Origin: Catajapyx aquilonaris
Taxonomy: Eukaryota
NCBI GenBank assembly: GCA_000934665.2
Contig: JYFJ02000044.1
Location: 124,001 to 188,000 of the forward strand
Direction: 5' to 3'
DNA length: 64,000 bases
The position numbers were made by a program, and so were the translations under genes. Below are positions 13,201 through 27,200 of the stretch, one piece after another. Position 1 is the first letter of the stretch; each line of letters starts with the position of its first letter. Below the pieces are notes generated by a model. The model searched no databases and was not told where the DNA came from. It worked only from the letters and a program-made list of their open reading frames with translations.

Positions 13201-16200
13201 ACCATCCATATAATTAACTTTGCAACCTCCGTTTCGGATGAAAAATATTCTTGTGTTTCTGAGATGCTTTCGAGTCCATCTTGGGAGTTGGCTGGAAAAT
13301 TAAAAAAAAAGGAAATGAAAGTAGTTTGTTCGACTCTCTGCACCTCATACAAGTCGCTATTCCCAAGTGAACAAACTTGAACGAGAAAAATCTTGGAGAC
13401 GCGAGCCAGAAAGAAGAGAGGGAGAAAAATCCATTTCTTTAGAAGAAAGAGAAAATCTAGCTGGAAACGACCCGTGTGGTCATCAGTCACGTAATTGAAC
13501 CTAAACGTGACTTTAATCCATCTCAAGTGTGAACTCCAGTCACGCAGAAAATCCCACGTCGCTAGGCCTAGACTAATCATTGATTCTCCTAACAAATGTA
13601 AACAGACCTGGGACCTAAACTGTCTCTTTAAAAAGTGTCACACGTGTCGCTCCCCACTGGGACATGCCATTCTTTGTATATATATATTTTTCAATTGAGA
13701 TTCCGCTGAGGGAACATTATTTTCACGTGCGAGGAATCCAAGATTTGGCAGGAAAAACTAATATTCTGAACCTTAACTTGATCCTGACCCATTCGTCTGG
13801 GAATTTGGACCCGTTGCTGGGAACCTAATCCGGAATAATAGGAAACGACGGATGTGTCGCCAGACAAACTAGCGTGCCTTACATCCACAACGAGATCAAA
13901 GGATAGGATTTGGAGATTGAATTATGGTGACTGCATAAGGACAACACTCTTTTACATTTTTAAAATTCTGAATGGGGTGTAAGAGGATTGTGTGAATTTA
14001 ACCAAATGAATTAGTTCGGATTCTGTTTGAGAGAACTTGCAGGATCAGAGGTATGACAGTTTGGGTCGGATCATTTCAGTGAGTTTTGGTAATGCTCTAA
14101 AACCACAATGTACACTGTTAGATTTGTCTTTCATAAAAATGGGATTAGCAGGATTTGTATGGGGTGGGGAAATCGTCGAGGTTGTGAATTATGTAGATCA
14201 TCTGGCATTTATACAAAGCTACGGATAAGTGCATTCAACCACATAATTTTTCTGCAATAATGGGAGGTTTTAACATTTTTAATTATGCTGTTGATCGCTT
14301 ATTGGAAGATTGGTCGTGTTTAAAAAAACAATTGCTGCTAATAGGGCACGTTTTACTGCAAATAACCGGACTACAATGATCAAAGGGTGCAAAATGGCTA
14401 AAACAACATTTTAAAAATATCATAGTAATTTGTGACAAACGTTACAATATTTTTGAACATTAATTGACAAAAGCCTAGTGTGATTGTTACAACAACTTCA
14501 AACAATAATTACTGCCAATCATTGATCTAATGATCCAACCAAGGATGCTCCTTTAACTTTCACTCCTTCGACATTCTTTAGCCCCTGCAAAAAAAACCTT
14601 CTTCTCAAGCCTCCGGGTCCTCCGGGCGAATATTACAAGAGTCGATTTTGGCCCCCACCTAGAAAATTGGAAGCTGCTATGAATGACCTGTTGGGGGACC
14701 GGATTATTGATTCCGATTCACTTTCATTCCTCTAAAGCGCAACTCAAGTGCAATCTAATGCCGCTTGCATGTACTGATCAATAGCTTTTTTTCCCCATTC
14801 ACAACAAGCCAGAAAAAAGGAGCCTGCTGGACGAATAATAATAAAAAGAGATAAGGTGGAGTACCTTGCAAGAAGTGCTCTTTCTTTGCTAGAGGTTTTG
14901 ATCCTTCCAACATGGTGGCCAACAAAGCAGGGTTTGGTGCAAAAAAATATATATAATAAAAGAGAATGAGGGGAAGGCCTCGCAAGTGTTGGGGTTTTAA
15001 AAGGCCATCCGAGTTGGGTGCGGTTTCCCAGATGCATCATTCAACTGGCAAAGTTTTACGAGGCTGGCAGATAGGGAAAAGGTTACGAGGAACCCTGCAT
15101 CGGTTGAAGGAAATTCTTTTTTGGGGGTGGGAATAAGGGCTTCAGAAAGAAGAAAATGGAGGTTGTGGTACAGAAAGAATGCAGGGCTTTATGTCACATG
15201 ACCATTTTTAGGATATTGTGCTGTGTTTATGTACAGGAATGTGATGAGGAAGAAATACACTCGACATTATTCAGCAATATATTCGCAATTAAACATCGTA
15301 AGTGATTGACATACACTTACGAGATTACCAAATCGTTGCAAGAATTGCTCATGATGCTTCTCATTATATGCTTAAATTATGATAAATTTTTTGCTCACAC
15401 TTCCCAACTTTATAGGCCATTTTTGGCATGTTGCGTGATACTTTCAGGTTTTGATAAACAAAAGGTTTGTTTTCACACTTGTCACCTTGTCAGCACGAAA
15501 TCCACAGAGAAATTAGGCGTAATTAACAAGTGCTCGTGCATGTTTCGGTCTTCCTTCTGAGGCCCACTTGACCACATCTTCCTGGAGACTGCCCTCCAAC
15601 ACATACGACACTTTACGTAATATTTACCCAGAGAGTCCAGCACACTGCGCACCTCGAATAATTACATGCAGACTCTGAAGTATTTCCTCCATTCCCTGCA
15701 TTTCCCACCGGTGTTTGGTTGCAACCCCTGGAGCGCTACCAAATGCAAGTTTGTTGTATTCTCCTCCATTTAAGAGACACCACTGCATTTTAGCAAATAA
15801 TGAGTAACTTGAATAATTATGTAGAGGACTTGAAGCGCGACATTCCCAGGAGACAGCCTCCGGAAAGAGGTGTTCCGGTACAATGCGGAGGTGCTGGAAG
15901 GTAATACAGTGAATTCGAGCACGTTGGATGAAAATGAGATTATATGGAACAATTTACTGAAGCGCTTACTTATCTAACACGCAGTTTGCCAAGCGGAGCT
16001 ATCAAGCTTTTACGACACCTTCGATTGGGAGGGAAAAGGGCCAGCGACACCATGCCATCGGACAATGGTCAGAAATATTACCACGATTCGTACTTGGAGC
16101 TGGGAAAAAGCTGAACACTTCTGTGGAGATGACAATGCATACGAATTGGCACGGATGAAGAGGACAAAATTCGGGGTTTGCAAAAAATAACATGAGCAGA

Positions 16201-19200
16201 AGAGAAGCGCTGTTGGAACACGACGGAGCTGACGGGGTTTAGGATAAAGGAGAGCGTTTAGTGTTACAGGTGTTATCTGGTACACTTCCCGATTGAATCA
16301 CTTGGAAACGGGAGTGAAATCAATTGGATCAGGCGGGTAATGCAGCTATGCAGTGATTGAGCAAAAAAGTGAAACATTAAAGGGAGGCGTAACCATCTAC
16401 TGAAAACCTGCCTTTAAAAACGTAATCTCATTGTTCCCTGCAAGAGATGTAACTGTATCTTCTCCCTTTGTGTGTGTACATATAAAGTACAGCTGCAGCA
16501 CACCCAAGTGAAAGTGGACCCAGTTAAAATTTAATGCCAGGACTTGGCTGGGTGACCTTTGAGGTGTGCTCTCATGACGCCACGATGGTGTCGGGTTAAA
16601 TCCTTTTCCACTGTAACAACCTCACAGCTGGAATGTGGATGTGGACAGCTCCATGGAGATTCTCATGGTGCAGTTGAGGTGATGTGGTCAAAAACCGCTC
16701 TTATTATATGATCCGCCAGTTGCACCACTTCGTTTGCTCTCTGAGGTAGGCTTTACAGGTGAAATATGCTGATCACAGCATGTGTGGACATATTACATGC
16801 TCGCAGCACTTTCCCACGTAATATGAGAGAAAAAATATCTCACTGTTCCACCTCTATACATGCAATTTACACAGGGTCATATTAATATTTTCAAATTAAC
16901 CCGGATGTCCTGAATTATATGTGTGTGAACAATCTAACACAACTAAAATTTCGACAATTTTACAAGATATAGGACGCTAGGCACATGTCTGGGTTAATAG
17001 CTAGGCGGAAATTATTAATTTTGCGTACAAATAATTTATACAAAATATATTTATGCTCTCCTTCAACTAAAATTACTGGACACAATTCTAACCCACCAGT
17101 TAGGTGTAAATTCGATAAGAGCAGCTAAATCTGACCAACCCCACGTACTCTTGGCTTAAGCAGTGTACATTCTCAACTATGATTAATAGAGTAGCTAACT
17201 TTCTCCCCGTAACAATGCGACCTTGGGTTGTGCCGGGTATCGATTCAGATACTCACTCTCTTGCTTCTGGCCTCCCAAAGCTTTTGGCCGAGTGTCCTGA
17301 GAAATATTTCGCACGATCCATCATTGCCGTCCGCTTTTTACCTCCAGCTCATCTTTTAAAGCCCCCCCCCCCACCCACCCACATCCACCCAACCTTTGCC
17401 TAAATTCTCCTTCATCAGCTCACGACACGTGTTTTCTAAACCCAAGTTTAGACCAGAGCTACCCCTTCAAAAATATAGGGTTCTTGGTGTGACCCGATCG
17501 GAGTCTGTCGTCATCTCTGCCACCTGGAAGGAATTGGCTTTCTGCTGGAGAAATGGCAAAACTCGGGCTAATGAAGGCAACCATCCCTTAATTAAGTGTT
17601 AATTAGTTTACTTGGCGGCTTCTTGCCGGAACTAGAAACCGTTCAAAGTTTGGACTTTGTGTATCGCGATGAGGGATTTCAAAGGATCCTGAGTATAATT
17701 ATTCCGCAGGTGTTTTTTGAAAAAAAACAAAATAAAATCGGAGCGCTTTTGGCTCAAAACTGTATCCTATAAATTCACACAGCTGGAGGCGACTATAATT
17801 ATTACTTTCAGGAATATACCTGGAGAATAAAATTAAGCGATGCCTTGCTGCGACTGACAGGCAAGGAAGCTTTTCATGGCTCCTAATATTTATCCTGAGA
17901 TTGAGCATTACAGGTCATACCAAGTATAGTAATCAGGCCTACAGGCACTATTAATTATTAGCCATACAGTACACTATTAGCAAACTTGCTTATCGTTGCT
18001 TCTTGCGAGTAAATAATTTCCCATGCGGTTGAATAAAAATTGGTGAAGCTATATGGTACGCACGAAAATTTTAAATAAACATTTTGTTAAACCTACTGTT
18101 GTAATTGCAGTTTATTTAAACTAAGTAGAAGCAAAATGAATGTCTTATTTACTTGTATCGATATGTTTGTTAGTAATGAACAACCAGTTGAACTAGGAAC
18201 TTGGTCCCTGCACAATCAGTAGATAATTAAAATCAAAATTATTGACTAAACCAATTGGCTATTGCTTCAGAGATTTGCATAAATGGCTACGTTATTTGGT
18301 GCATGATACCTGCACAGTCTTTATAACTCCTATTCACAATTCGTACAGTTTTAGCTTAAAAGTTACTCTACCTCTATAGGATTGCGCGCTGAGCATTGAT
18401 CCTCATACTTGCTTGATAGGTGCATTGCCAAGTATTCGGGGGAGAAAATGCGGCCCAATAATGACACTGCGCATGTCAGGTTCATAGTACTATCTGCGAA
18501 CGATAGACGTCGCCTGCTTCTAGAACTCTGCAACAGAAAATTTCTCAGTTCTCCGCTAGATGATAGTACACTATTCAACTGGCTATATCAAGAAAGCTCT
18601 TTGGCACGACTATTTAAGTGCACGTTACGTCTAAAACGGAAAAAACTAATTATTAATGAAGATCTTGTAAGAACAACCTTCTACATAAATAAGTACACGT
18701 TGGAAACACTAATAGTAATTGCTTCATAAAGCAGCTGTTGTGTAGCATTATAGTACAATATTTGTACTCTCTACAGTCTTACATTGTAGTATTTTTATGG
18801 CCTATGCAGGGTATACTAGGACCGACTAGGACAGTAACTGTATGCATCGTGAGAGTTGTGGGATTATTTACTCCAACTCTGAACAAAATAATCACAGCCA
18901 TATGTTGCGGTTATGTGTTTAGTAGTTGATATCTGGACATTATTGTGCAGGAAAAACTAAAAATCGAACCCAGGACTTTCACGATCAGGACGCCGAAAAT
19001 TGTCTCGAGTTAACACGCTCACGATTCCCCAATACTTGACTCCCACAACCCGAAGTAACGATTTCGTTGCATATGCTATGCATGGCTTGTACGGGTGCAG
19101 CGACATTATTATAAAGTTATGATCATAAATTGTACTCTAAACGGTTTTTTCCTCCTTTCCACAAAGTTGTGCGGGCGCCGCCAGCAGCGATAAATTTGTC

Positions 19201-20619
19201 TAAATAAATGATGTCACAAGGGGCCCGAGAGTGCTTGCCATGTGCGAGCACGCTTTTTGACATATAGCCCTATACTTTTCAGCAACATTATAGGGCACCC
19301 AGTCTCATGTAGCCCGAAACAGGTGCGCGCGCTAGATTAGATGCAACAACATGTAACGGCCCCCGGTTTGTGATCAATTTACCGCTGCTGTAAAATTGCT
19401 GTTCGGACGTGTGTGGGGAAACCTGGTTGTGCCATTTGATTATTTTATTGAACGTTCAGGCCTCTGACAACATGTGCTGTCGTCTTAAATTACTGTTTAT
19501 TCTGAATAGTTTGCGATCATATTTTCCATATTTTGTCTCTTAATATCACTAGAGGTCTGCATAGAAAACCCTCTCAAAATTGACTAACTAGTTCAAAAAA
19601 AAAAAAATAATCCAACTCCTATTCAATGTGACCCAGGTCGCAATCAGCATGGCATGATTTACCTTATTAGAAATTGAAGTGCGGTCCTCATCCTACAATG
19701 ACGCGTGTCCTAATCATCCCTCGACCCGAATTATCGAGTTCAGCAAGAGGCCACATTTTTGTCATGCACAAACCCACCATCGGAACGAGAAGTAGAGTTG
19801 ATTATGTTTGGAGGGTTTTTGGATGGGGTTGTCGTCACCTGGGGTCGAGGTGTCCCCTGAGTTGAGCCGTCCTATTTGGATTGGTGGGGGTGTGGACAGG
19901 GGTGGGGAAAGGCGCTTGAAAAAGTGGCTTCCGTTTGTGAAAAAGCTGGACGTCCGGGACTTTGGTGTGCTGAAAACCAGAATGAATTGGGCGCAATCAG
20001 CAAGCGTACACCAAATGGTCGCCGCAGAGTACCGCTCGATTATTAACATCTGTTGGTTCCAGACTAAAATAATTGGGATGCGAGAGAGACAGTGTTTGTC
20101 AATTGGGAGTACTGATACTTCAAGCCTTAATTTACTTGAATAGAAACAAACTTGACGTCCATAAGATGAAGGTAATGAAAGAGCACATACTATCCAAATT
20201 TCGCGACCCAATTGGACCAGCTCTAATTAACAAATGCATGCCTGTAATATTACAACAAAGCAAAAAAAGATCTGGCCAATTCTCCAACGCACAAAAAATT
20301 ACTTGAAAGCTTTCGGTAGTCCCGTTATTAGATTTTGTCGGTATGAGCTTTCACATGAATCGTGTGCAAGAAATTCAGGAAATAGCTGGCTACTCAGGGA
20401 AAGGGCTCGGTTCGTCGAAACCAATTCTGACGTCCAGGTGTGAATTTCCGCACGGTCCTTCTATAGATACACTGGAGGACTGTTCCATCGCACGGAACAT
20501 CATTCGAAAGGGGGCTGCCACAATACAGTATGATACTCTATTCTGGTCAAACACTGGATCATTACTAACTTTTATAAGGTCTGGAGGTAAAATTATGTTA
20601 ATAAATAGTTTTCAGACTC

Positions 20620-20995
20620 ATTCGTCGTCTACATAATGAATTGGTGCCAATTTGTGCCTATTTTGTGCCCATGTTTGTGCCTTTTTGTGTTTATTTTTGT
20701 GCCTCATAAATTACATACGACAAATACTTTTTCGAAACATTTCATTGCTTACAGTCTACACAATGAATTGGTGCCAATTTGTGCCTTTTTGTGCTTATTT
20801 TTGTGCCTCATAAATTACATACGACAAATACTTTTTCGAAACATTTCATTGCTTACAGTCTACACAATGAATTGGTGCCAATTTGTGCCTTTTTGTGCTT
20901 TATAAATTACATGCGAAAAATACCTCTTAGAATCATTCGTCATCTACATTCTCTACACAATGAATTGGTGTTATTTGTGCCCAATTATGCCTCAT
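20620..20995. repeat. Tandem repeat, ~104-bp unit, ~3.5 copies
   Basis: The motif tctacac/taATGAATTGGTG recurs with ATG at 20636, 20763, 20867 and 20960. The block cataaattacatacgacaaatactttttcgaaacatttcattgcttacagtctacac is present twice identically. Confidence 0.9.
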
Positions 20996-21587
20996 TTAAT
21001 GCGACACATATCTCATACTTAAATTATTTATCACCTGCAAATCAGGTCTTTTTGCATCACATCCTCCTGACCATCTACATTAATGGTATCTGGGCATTCG
21101 ATGGTAAAATTAAGGCCGACATAATCCACGCAAATGAACGCTGTTGTTCAAGTGACGCTTCACAGCTCTTGCTTTAAAAAAAAATGTGAACCTTCCGAAA
21201 AATATTACCATGCTGTGTACTGTTTCAACCCCCGGATTAATGACGAAGCGGGCGTTAATTATTCATTCTGCTAAAAAAAAGAACATGCAATTCCTTTTTG
21301 GCTGATCCGCTACTTCATGAATACGGATGTTTGCGACCGACTGGCTTGCTGGATAGAGGAAGAATCGATGAGCCTCCTTACTTTCGTTCCATCTTGGCCG
21401 CAACCTCACCTCAGCTCATCTGATTATATTATCCCGGTGGAAGGAAAGGGATTTGAAGAAGGTTTAGACTCAGCCAGCAATGAGGGCGGAAGTGACTCGG
21501 TGAGTGCGGCCCACTTACACGGATTTTCCCTTTTACTTCCACCTTTCTTTCCGCCTCTTTTCCTTCCCCCAATCTTGTGGGAGGAAA

Positions 21588-21608
21588 GAAGAAGAAGAAG
21601 AAGAAGAA
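21588..21608. repeat. (GAA)7 microsatellite
   Basis: Direct reading. Confidence 0.85.
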
Positions 21609-24174
21609 GAGGTTCATCACTTAGGACTCGCTAAATGGAATTTGCTCGGGATCTTTACTTTGCTCAAGCAATGGTGCGCGAGCAAGGCTTCTGACGATTT
21701 TTTTGTGTGTGTGCGAGCTTTTTTTTTTCTTTGGCAAATTTGTTCCGGAGAAGGAGTTGAGGACACGATTAGCTTTTCACCTCGTATGTTGGATTGTTCT
21801 GTGGACTGGCTGGCTTGTTTTCTGAGGACGGGTTATTTTCTCTTGGAGGAGGAGTCGGTGCCAATCATTTTGTCCGGTGGAGGTGACAGATTTATTAAGA
21901 TGGTTATGACTATTCAAATGTGCTGTATGTCACTATTCGGATGGGTTAAACTATCAACATCAGTTGCCAATGCAAAATGTATAAATAGCTGAAATATTTC
22001 CAATGAACCAACAAATATTGAAAACTAATAAAATCAGCAGCTTATTGCAAACTATTGTTAACACTGGCATGGGCCCTACTAGTTGTACACACTGCAATGT
22101 CAAAGGGACCATTTACAAGGACATTAACACTTATTTCCGGCTTTATAAACATCATTTGATTTACGTTAGAGAGCATATATTTATTATGCAAAGTGCCTTT
22201 CCAACATATAACAAGGGTAATAATTGCTGATTACCATATGAATAGAGCCAGTATGATGCTGCAATGAATAATTACATGCATCCCCGATTTGCACTACATC
22301 TCATGTTCCTCGTTCTTATGTGGAGCAAGTAGAGAAGATTAAACCAAAATTGAAATAGCAAAATTGGGACCATTCAATCAGATCCAACCAAATGCTTGTT
22401 CCTCTTCCTGATTGGGAGAAAAAAAACCTTTCCATACTGTGCTTTTTTCCATTGCCACTATACACACCATAACTGCTATTATGATCCAACATTTTCATTA
22501 TTTTATTAAACTTTTAGCGAAAGCAAGGATGTATATTTGGAAGGTGGAATTATCATATGTTGGAGTCAACACACTTGAGGAATAGCTAAATTTACACATC
22601 TCTTAGAATATATTTTGCGTTGCAACATTCATAAACCACCTAAGGGCCCGAACAAATTATTATAATTATACACAACGAATACTGCATGTACTTACGCGTA
22701 CTTAATATTGTTGAAGTCAGAACAGCACTGTTAATTTTCACATGGACTTAATGAAATATTTACACGCTTCGCTCCCTAAGGTGTATAGTACTCCCAGCAT
22801 GTCATTATTATGCGTGAACAAATGAAATTTTGGAATATATGGCATGCTCTGCTCATTCACAACTTCCTCTGTCATGAAGTACAAAATTTACGCATTGTAT
22901 ATACTGCACAATTTAACTCATTGCTGGGCAGCGAGTTACTACATAAATTCTCTAAGCTACTGTATGTATACAATCGAAACTGAAAGTCTTTTTTTTACAA
23001 TCCTATACAGATTACACACTAATCCCATCACTGAAAATATATAAAGACCTTCTGGAACATCCCATATTATTACCAAGATCCTTCGCCTCCTTGTATCAAA
23101 AAACCCCAACCCGGAGTTATCCGGAAAGAAATATAAGCAAGATCCATTCAGCCAGTCGAGAGCCAAAGAGCAAAATCCCTTCACCGTTTCTTATAAAACG
23201 GTTCTTGAGAACTCGAATCCGGTGTATACTATATACACACTCCTGGAGTTAAGGCCCTTTGCAGGGAGAGAGTTATTTTGAATATCAGCAGCTCAATTTC
23301 GCTCGCCACATGGCTTTTGAAGTAGTGGGCCAGTAATCCCTAAGAGGCCATTAGGAGAAGCTGTGGCATGGCGGCAAGGCCGCTTATTCTACGTCTCTTC
23401 CTTTGTGTATCTGGACTTGGGGAGGCCTGGAGAAGAGATGCCGGAAACGAGATGGATTCCAACCCCCCCTCCCAAGTAGAAGGGGGGGAGCCATTTTACA
23501 TTTTCTAGGAATGGAAGAGAAGGGATGGATGAGCCATGAGAGTATAATTGATCAGTCTGCCAAGGCTTCATCCTCGGGGCCTTCCTTAGTAATCAATATT
23601 GACTCGCGAGTGTACTTTAACTCCTCTCAAATGCCAGCATACTAATTAACTAACGAGCACTGCTCATTATATATCTCTAGAGGCAAAAATTTCTGGATTT
23701 TCTAGCTGTACACCAGCAGTACCACTCGAGATGTTTTTTGTAGGTTCTGGGAAAATGGTTTATCCAGCAAGAAGCGGTAATTCTTGGAGAGTTGTATATC
23801 TCTGAGGCAGCGTCTGCGGGCGGGCTAATAATGAATAATGCAGACGTGTCTGGGAGATATCTCCATCCATCATTATTCGTGGGGGGATGAAAGTTTGGCC
23901 AGCAGGACACGGGCGGTAAAGTGTGCAGAGACCACTTTTTAGTCTTCCTTTTCCTTCCCTACCTGAGGGGATTCAGGGAGGCTTTACGACCCCGAAATGC
24001 AAATTCGTCTCAGCCGAAAGTCTTGCTCATTCTACCTTGCTCTTTTGGGCAAACACTCTGCATGTGGGCTGTGCAAGTTTACTTTCTCTGTACAAAGATT
24101 CGTAAAAAAATGTGCTGAAGAGAACGTACATCACCAAGATGGTAAAATTTATTTTTATGTTCAATTTGGACGTA

Positions 24175-24253
24175 CCACCAGGTAGCGCATAGGCTCCCTC
24201 TCTGCACACTACTGCCGCTCTGCGGGGGAAAGCAGTACTAAAGCCTTCCGGAC
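24175..24253 (-). repeat. Diverged copy of dispersed ~90-bp repeat with a CTCF-like motif
   Basis: The reverse complement gtccg..tagtactgctttcccccgcagagcggcagtagtgtgcagagag..gcgctacctggtgg aligns by eye with the copies at 40093-40186 and 52154-52242. Confidence 0.45.
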
Positions 24254-27200
24254 TTTTCGCCCCCGCCGTATTCGCCCCCGTGACAATTTTTCCCACGCTG
24301 TGTACACCTCAGCAGCATTTTGGACTCCGGTGCTTTGTACTGTAAATGTACTCTAAATGCACGTAGGTGATAAGTCACAGTGGACAAACACAGCCTAGCC
24401 AATTCTATAAAATAAATTTGACTGAATTCTGTAGTAGAAAGCAGGCCTTTTCCCATCGCAATGTGACGATCCGATTTGTCTGCAACTTGACTCGCGCCAC
24501 AATTTTCCAATAAGGCCAGCCAGTGCGTCGTGACATTGACACACGATCTGGAGGACCGTCATCTGCAAAGAAAACTAGTGGCCTGCCCTTCAAGCCATTC
24601 GTTTCAAATATCACTCCTACGCATCTTTTAAAGAAAACCAGAAGGTATCCTCACTCGAGTCTTTTTTTGTAAGGGCCTAGTCTTGTTGGAGGTCACTTTC
24701 CTTCCCATTAGCCGCTTAGAAATGTCAACTTTTTCACGGTACACTCAGCCCTATCAATAGGTCAAAGGAAACCATTTACTTTGTCATATTGCTCCTCCAC
24801 CTCTTGCGCTCTAGTTAGCAAAGAAAGAGTCTTGACTGGGGAAGGGAGCAGAAATTGGGAGAAAAGAAGGAAAAAAAGGTAGTGGGAAGTGGGCTGAAGG
24901 AGGTCCGAGCCCCTTTTTCTAGGATTGATGGATGAAGCTTTCATCTCAACCTTTTTGGAGGAATTCGGCAGAAATGATACATGCACATAGCTGATATGGT
25001 ACACAATTTTTTCTAAAAACAAATCAGGGGCATTAGGCCAGATTTGTAGAGGGAGAAAAAGTCAACTTCTGGTCCTTCCGAATTAACGATTTCCGGACCC
25101 CAAAACTGCGCAGTCCAAGTTTCCTCCAATCTGTCTACAGTGTTTGTAAATCTCTAGTGCATCGATTTGGTGGGATAGAAGTGGCCAAAAAAAATTTAGC
25201 TCGATTTTAAAGCGCTTATGTAGTTGTCGAACCTGTCAGGTTTCACCTATCACGTAAACCTTCGTGTTTAGTAAGCAAGCAGGTCCACAGCTTAGTCTTT
25301 TTCTTGCGAGCATGCTAATACTATTTTTGTCTCCAAAAATGGAGGTATAAATAGAAGAATGTGAACATAACATGACTGAAATGTGGAAAAAACGTGACGA
25401 GTGTGAGAAAAAGGTATGGAGTTAAAACTTCCAGAGTTCAACACCAAATTGGGTCAAATTTAGGTTTGGAGCTTCTCTTATGCTCCGTTGGCCTGTGAAA
25501 AGGAAACTTTCCACCAACTTTGCTCCCCAAAGTTGTATTTTTTGCTCACCCCTTTTTCTGGAGGGCGTAAAGAGTACGGAAATTGACTAAACTAACACGT
25601 GCTACATCACTTTTCATCCGAGTCTGCGAATTATTCTTACTGTACTGAGCAAACTTTAGTTTCGTGGTCATCAAAAAAATATATTCTGCTGTAGGGTTTC
25701 AGTGAGACAACACACTTTATCGCTAATGTTGCTTAGTAATTTAGATGTCAGGTAATTCAAAAGGTGTGTTTTAAAAATAACTAGTTCCTCCTCCCACCCA
25801 CCAGAGACGCTGCCTCCATCTCATTGCGCAGGCGCAAAACGGGAGCCAATCGGAAGCATAGTTCATACAACATATTATTTTAATACCATAAATTGCAAAT
25901 GTTTGTAATGCTAGTTTTTCTTGTATGTTTGCAGCCAGTCCACAATTTTTAGCATGTAAACACACACACCGCATTCTCCCAAAAAAAAACCGACGACACT
26001 CTCCAGTTTTTTACATTCCATCCAGCCAAATTATATTCCCCGCACTCCAGCTGATGTTTAGCACCTTGTAAATATGGATGCTGCAAAAAAAAAAAACCCC
26101 TACCTACTTTTTCACCCGAGCAAGAAATGGTCCGAGCGTGGTTCATCTGGCAAGCAGCACTACTCGCAGGGCCATGTCCGTTTTACCAAATGCGACTTGG
26201 TGCCTGGAGGTGGGCTATTCGTCGTGCTTTAGAACTCCAGGAGACATTACCTGGAATGGAAGCTCTGGTGGGCAAAGGCTGTTTCTCCATGCCACCTTCC
26301 AGCCTTAATGGAACCACATATATTGACTTGTTCGGAGCCTATTTGTTTGCATATCATTCTGGCCAAGACAACAAGACCTCTCTCTTGAAAATGGTCTTGG
26401 ATCTAGAAGAGCGACTGTGCTGGGCATGATTATATGACAAGGCGGCAGACTTTGGGTTAAAGGAAATGGGCGACGTCTCTCACTTTCCGCTTCCAGCTTG
26501 TCACTTTCAGCCGGCGGACTTTTGTCGCCGACGAAACGGCACAACTTGTAACGCTTTGTTGCGGAACTCGAGTGAGATTTTGAGCGTCAGAACTGGAGAA
26601 TTTATAAGTCCTAATTCCCTACTTGGAGGATGGTCTAGTACGGAAGAAATATATACGTACATGAGTCTGAGAGTGAAAGAGTTGCGCACAAAAAATACTG
26701 TGGGACTAAAAAACAATGTCGATGTTTCCATGGTTTGACGTGCGGTATGGTCGCGAGTGTTGCCCATCCAATACGGAAAGAAGATTGAACATAAAAGGGT
26801 GTCAGAGGCCATTTGTTTCGCCCTTGCCTGCACCTGCAGTTTATGTGGCTGTGGTTACAACCGCAATGTTTTTTTTCCCTGCGTACCATCAGGGACAAAA
26901 AGTTTCGGAGACAAATGCCTCGTTTTTTGGCACGTAACGATGCTCCAAGTGCAGATGATGTTGCTCTTTTCTTGCCGCCACCGTACGCTTGAAAGTACTG
27001 AAAGTAACGAGATTGCATACTAAAAACACTGTTCACTCATTTGGTAAGAATAGTACGAATAATTAAATAATTTGTGGTAGAAACTGGCGCAACCAGTGAA
27101 GAAGTGCAACCGGGTGTTGCATTTCCGAGATATAAATTTTACGGGCCAGACCATTTCGGAAGCTGCAAATTCTATTAGCGTGCCTTTGGAATGAAATGCC

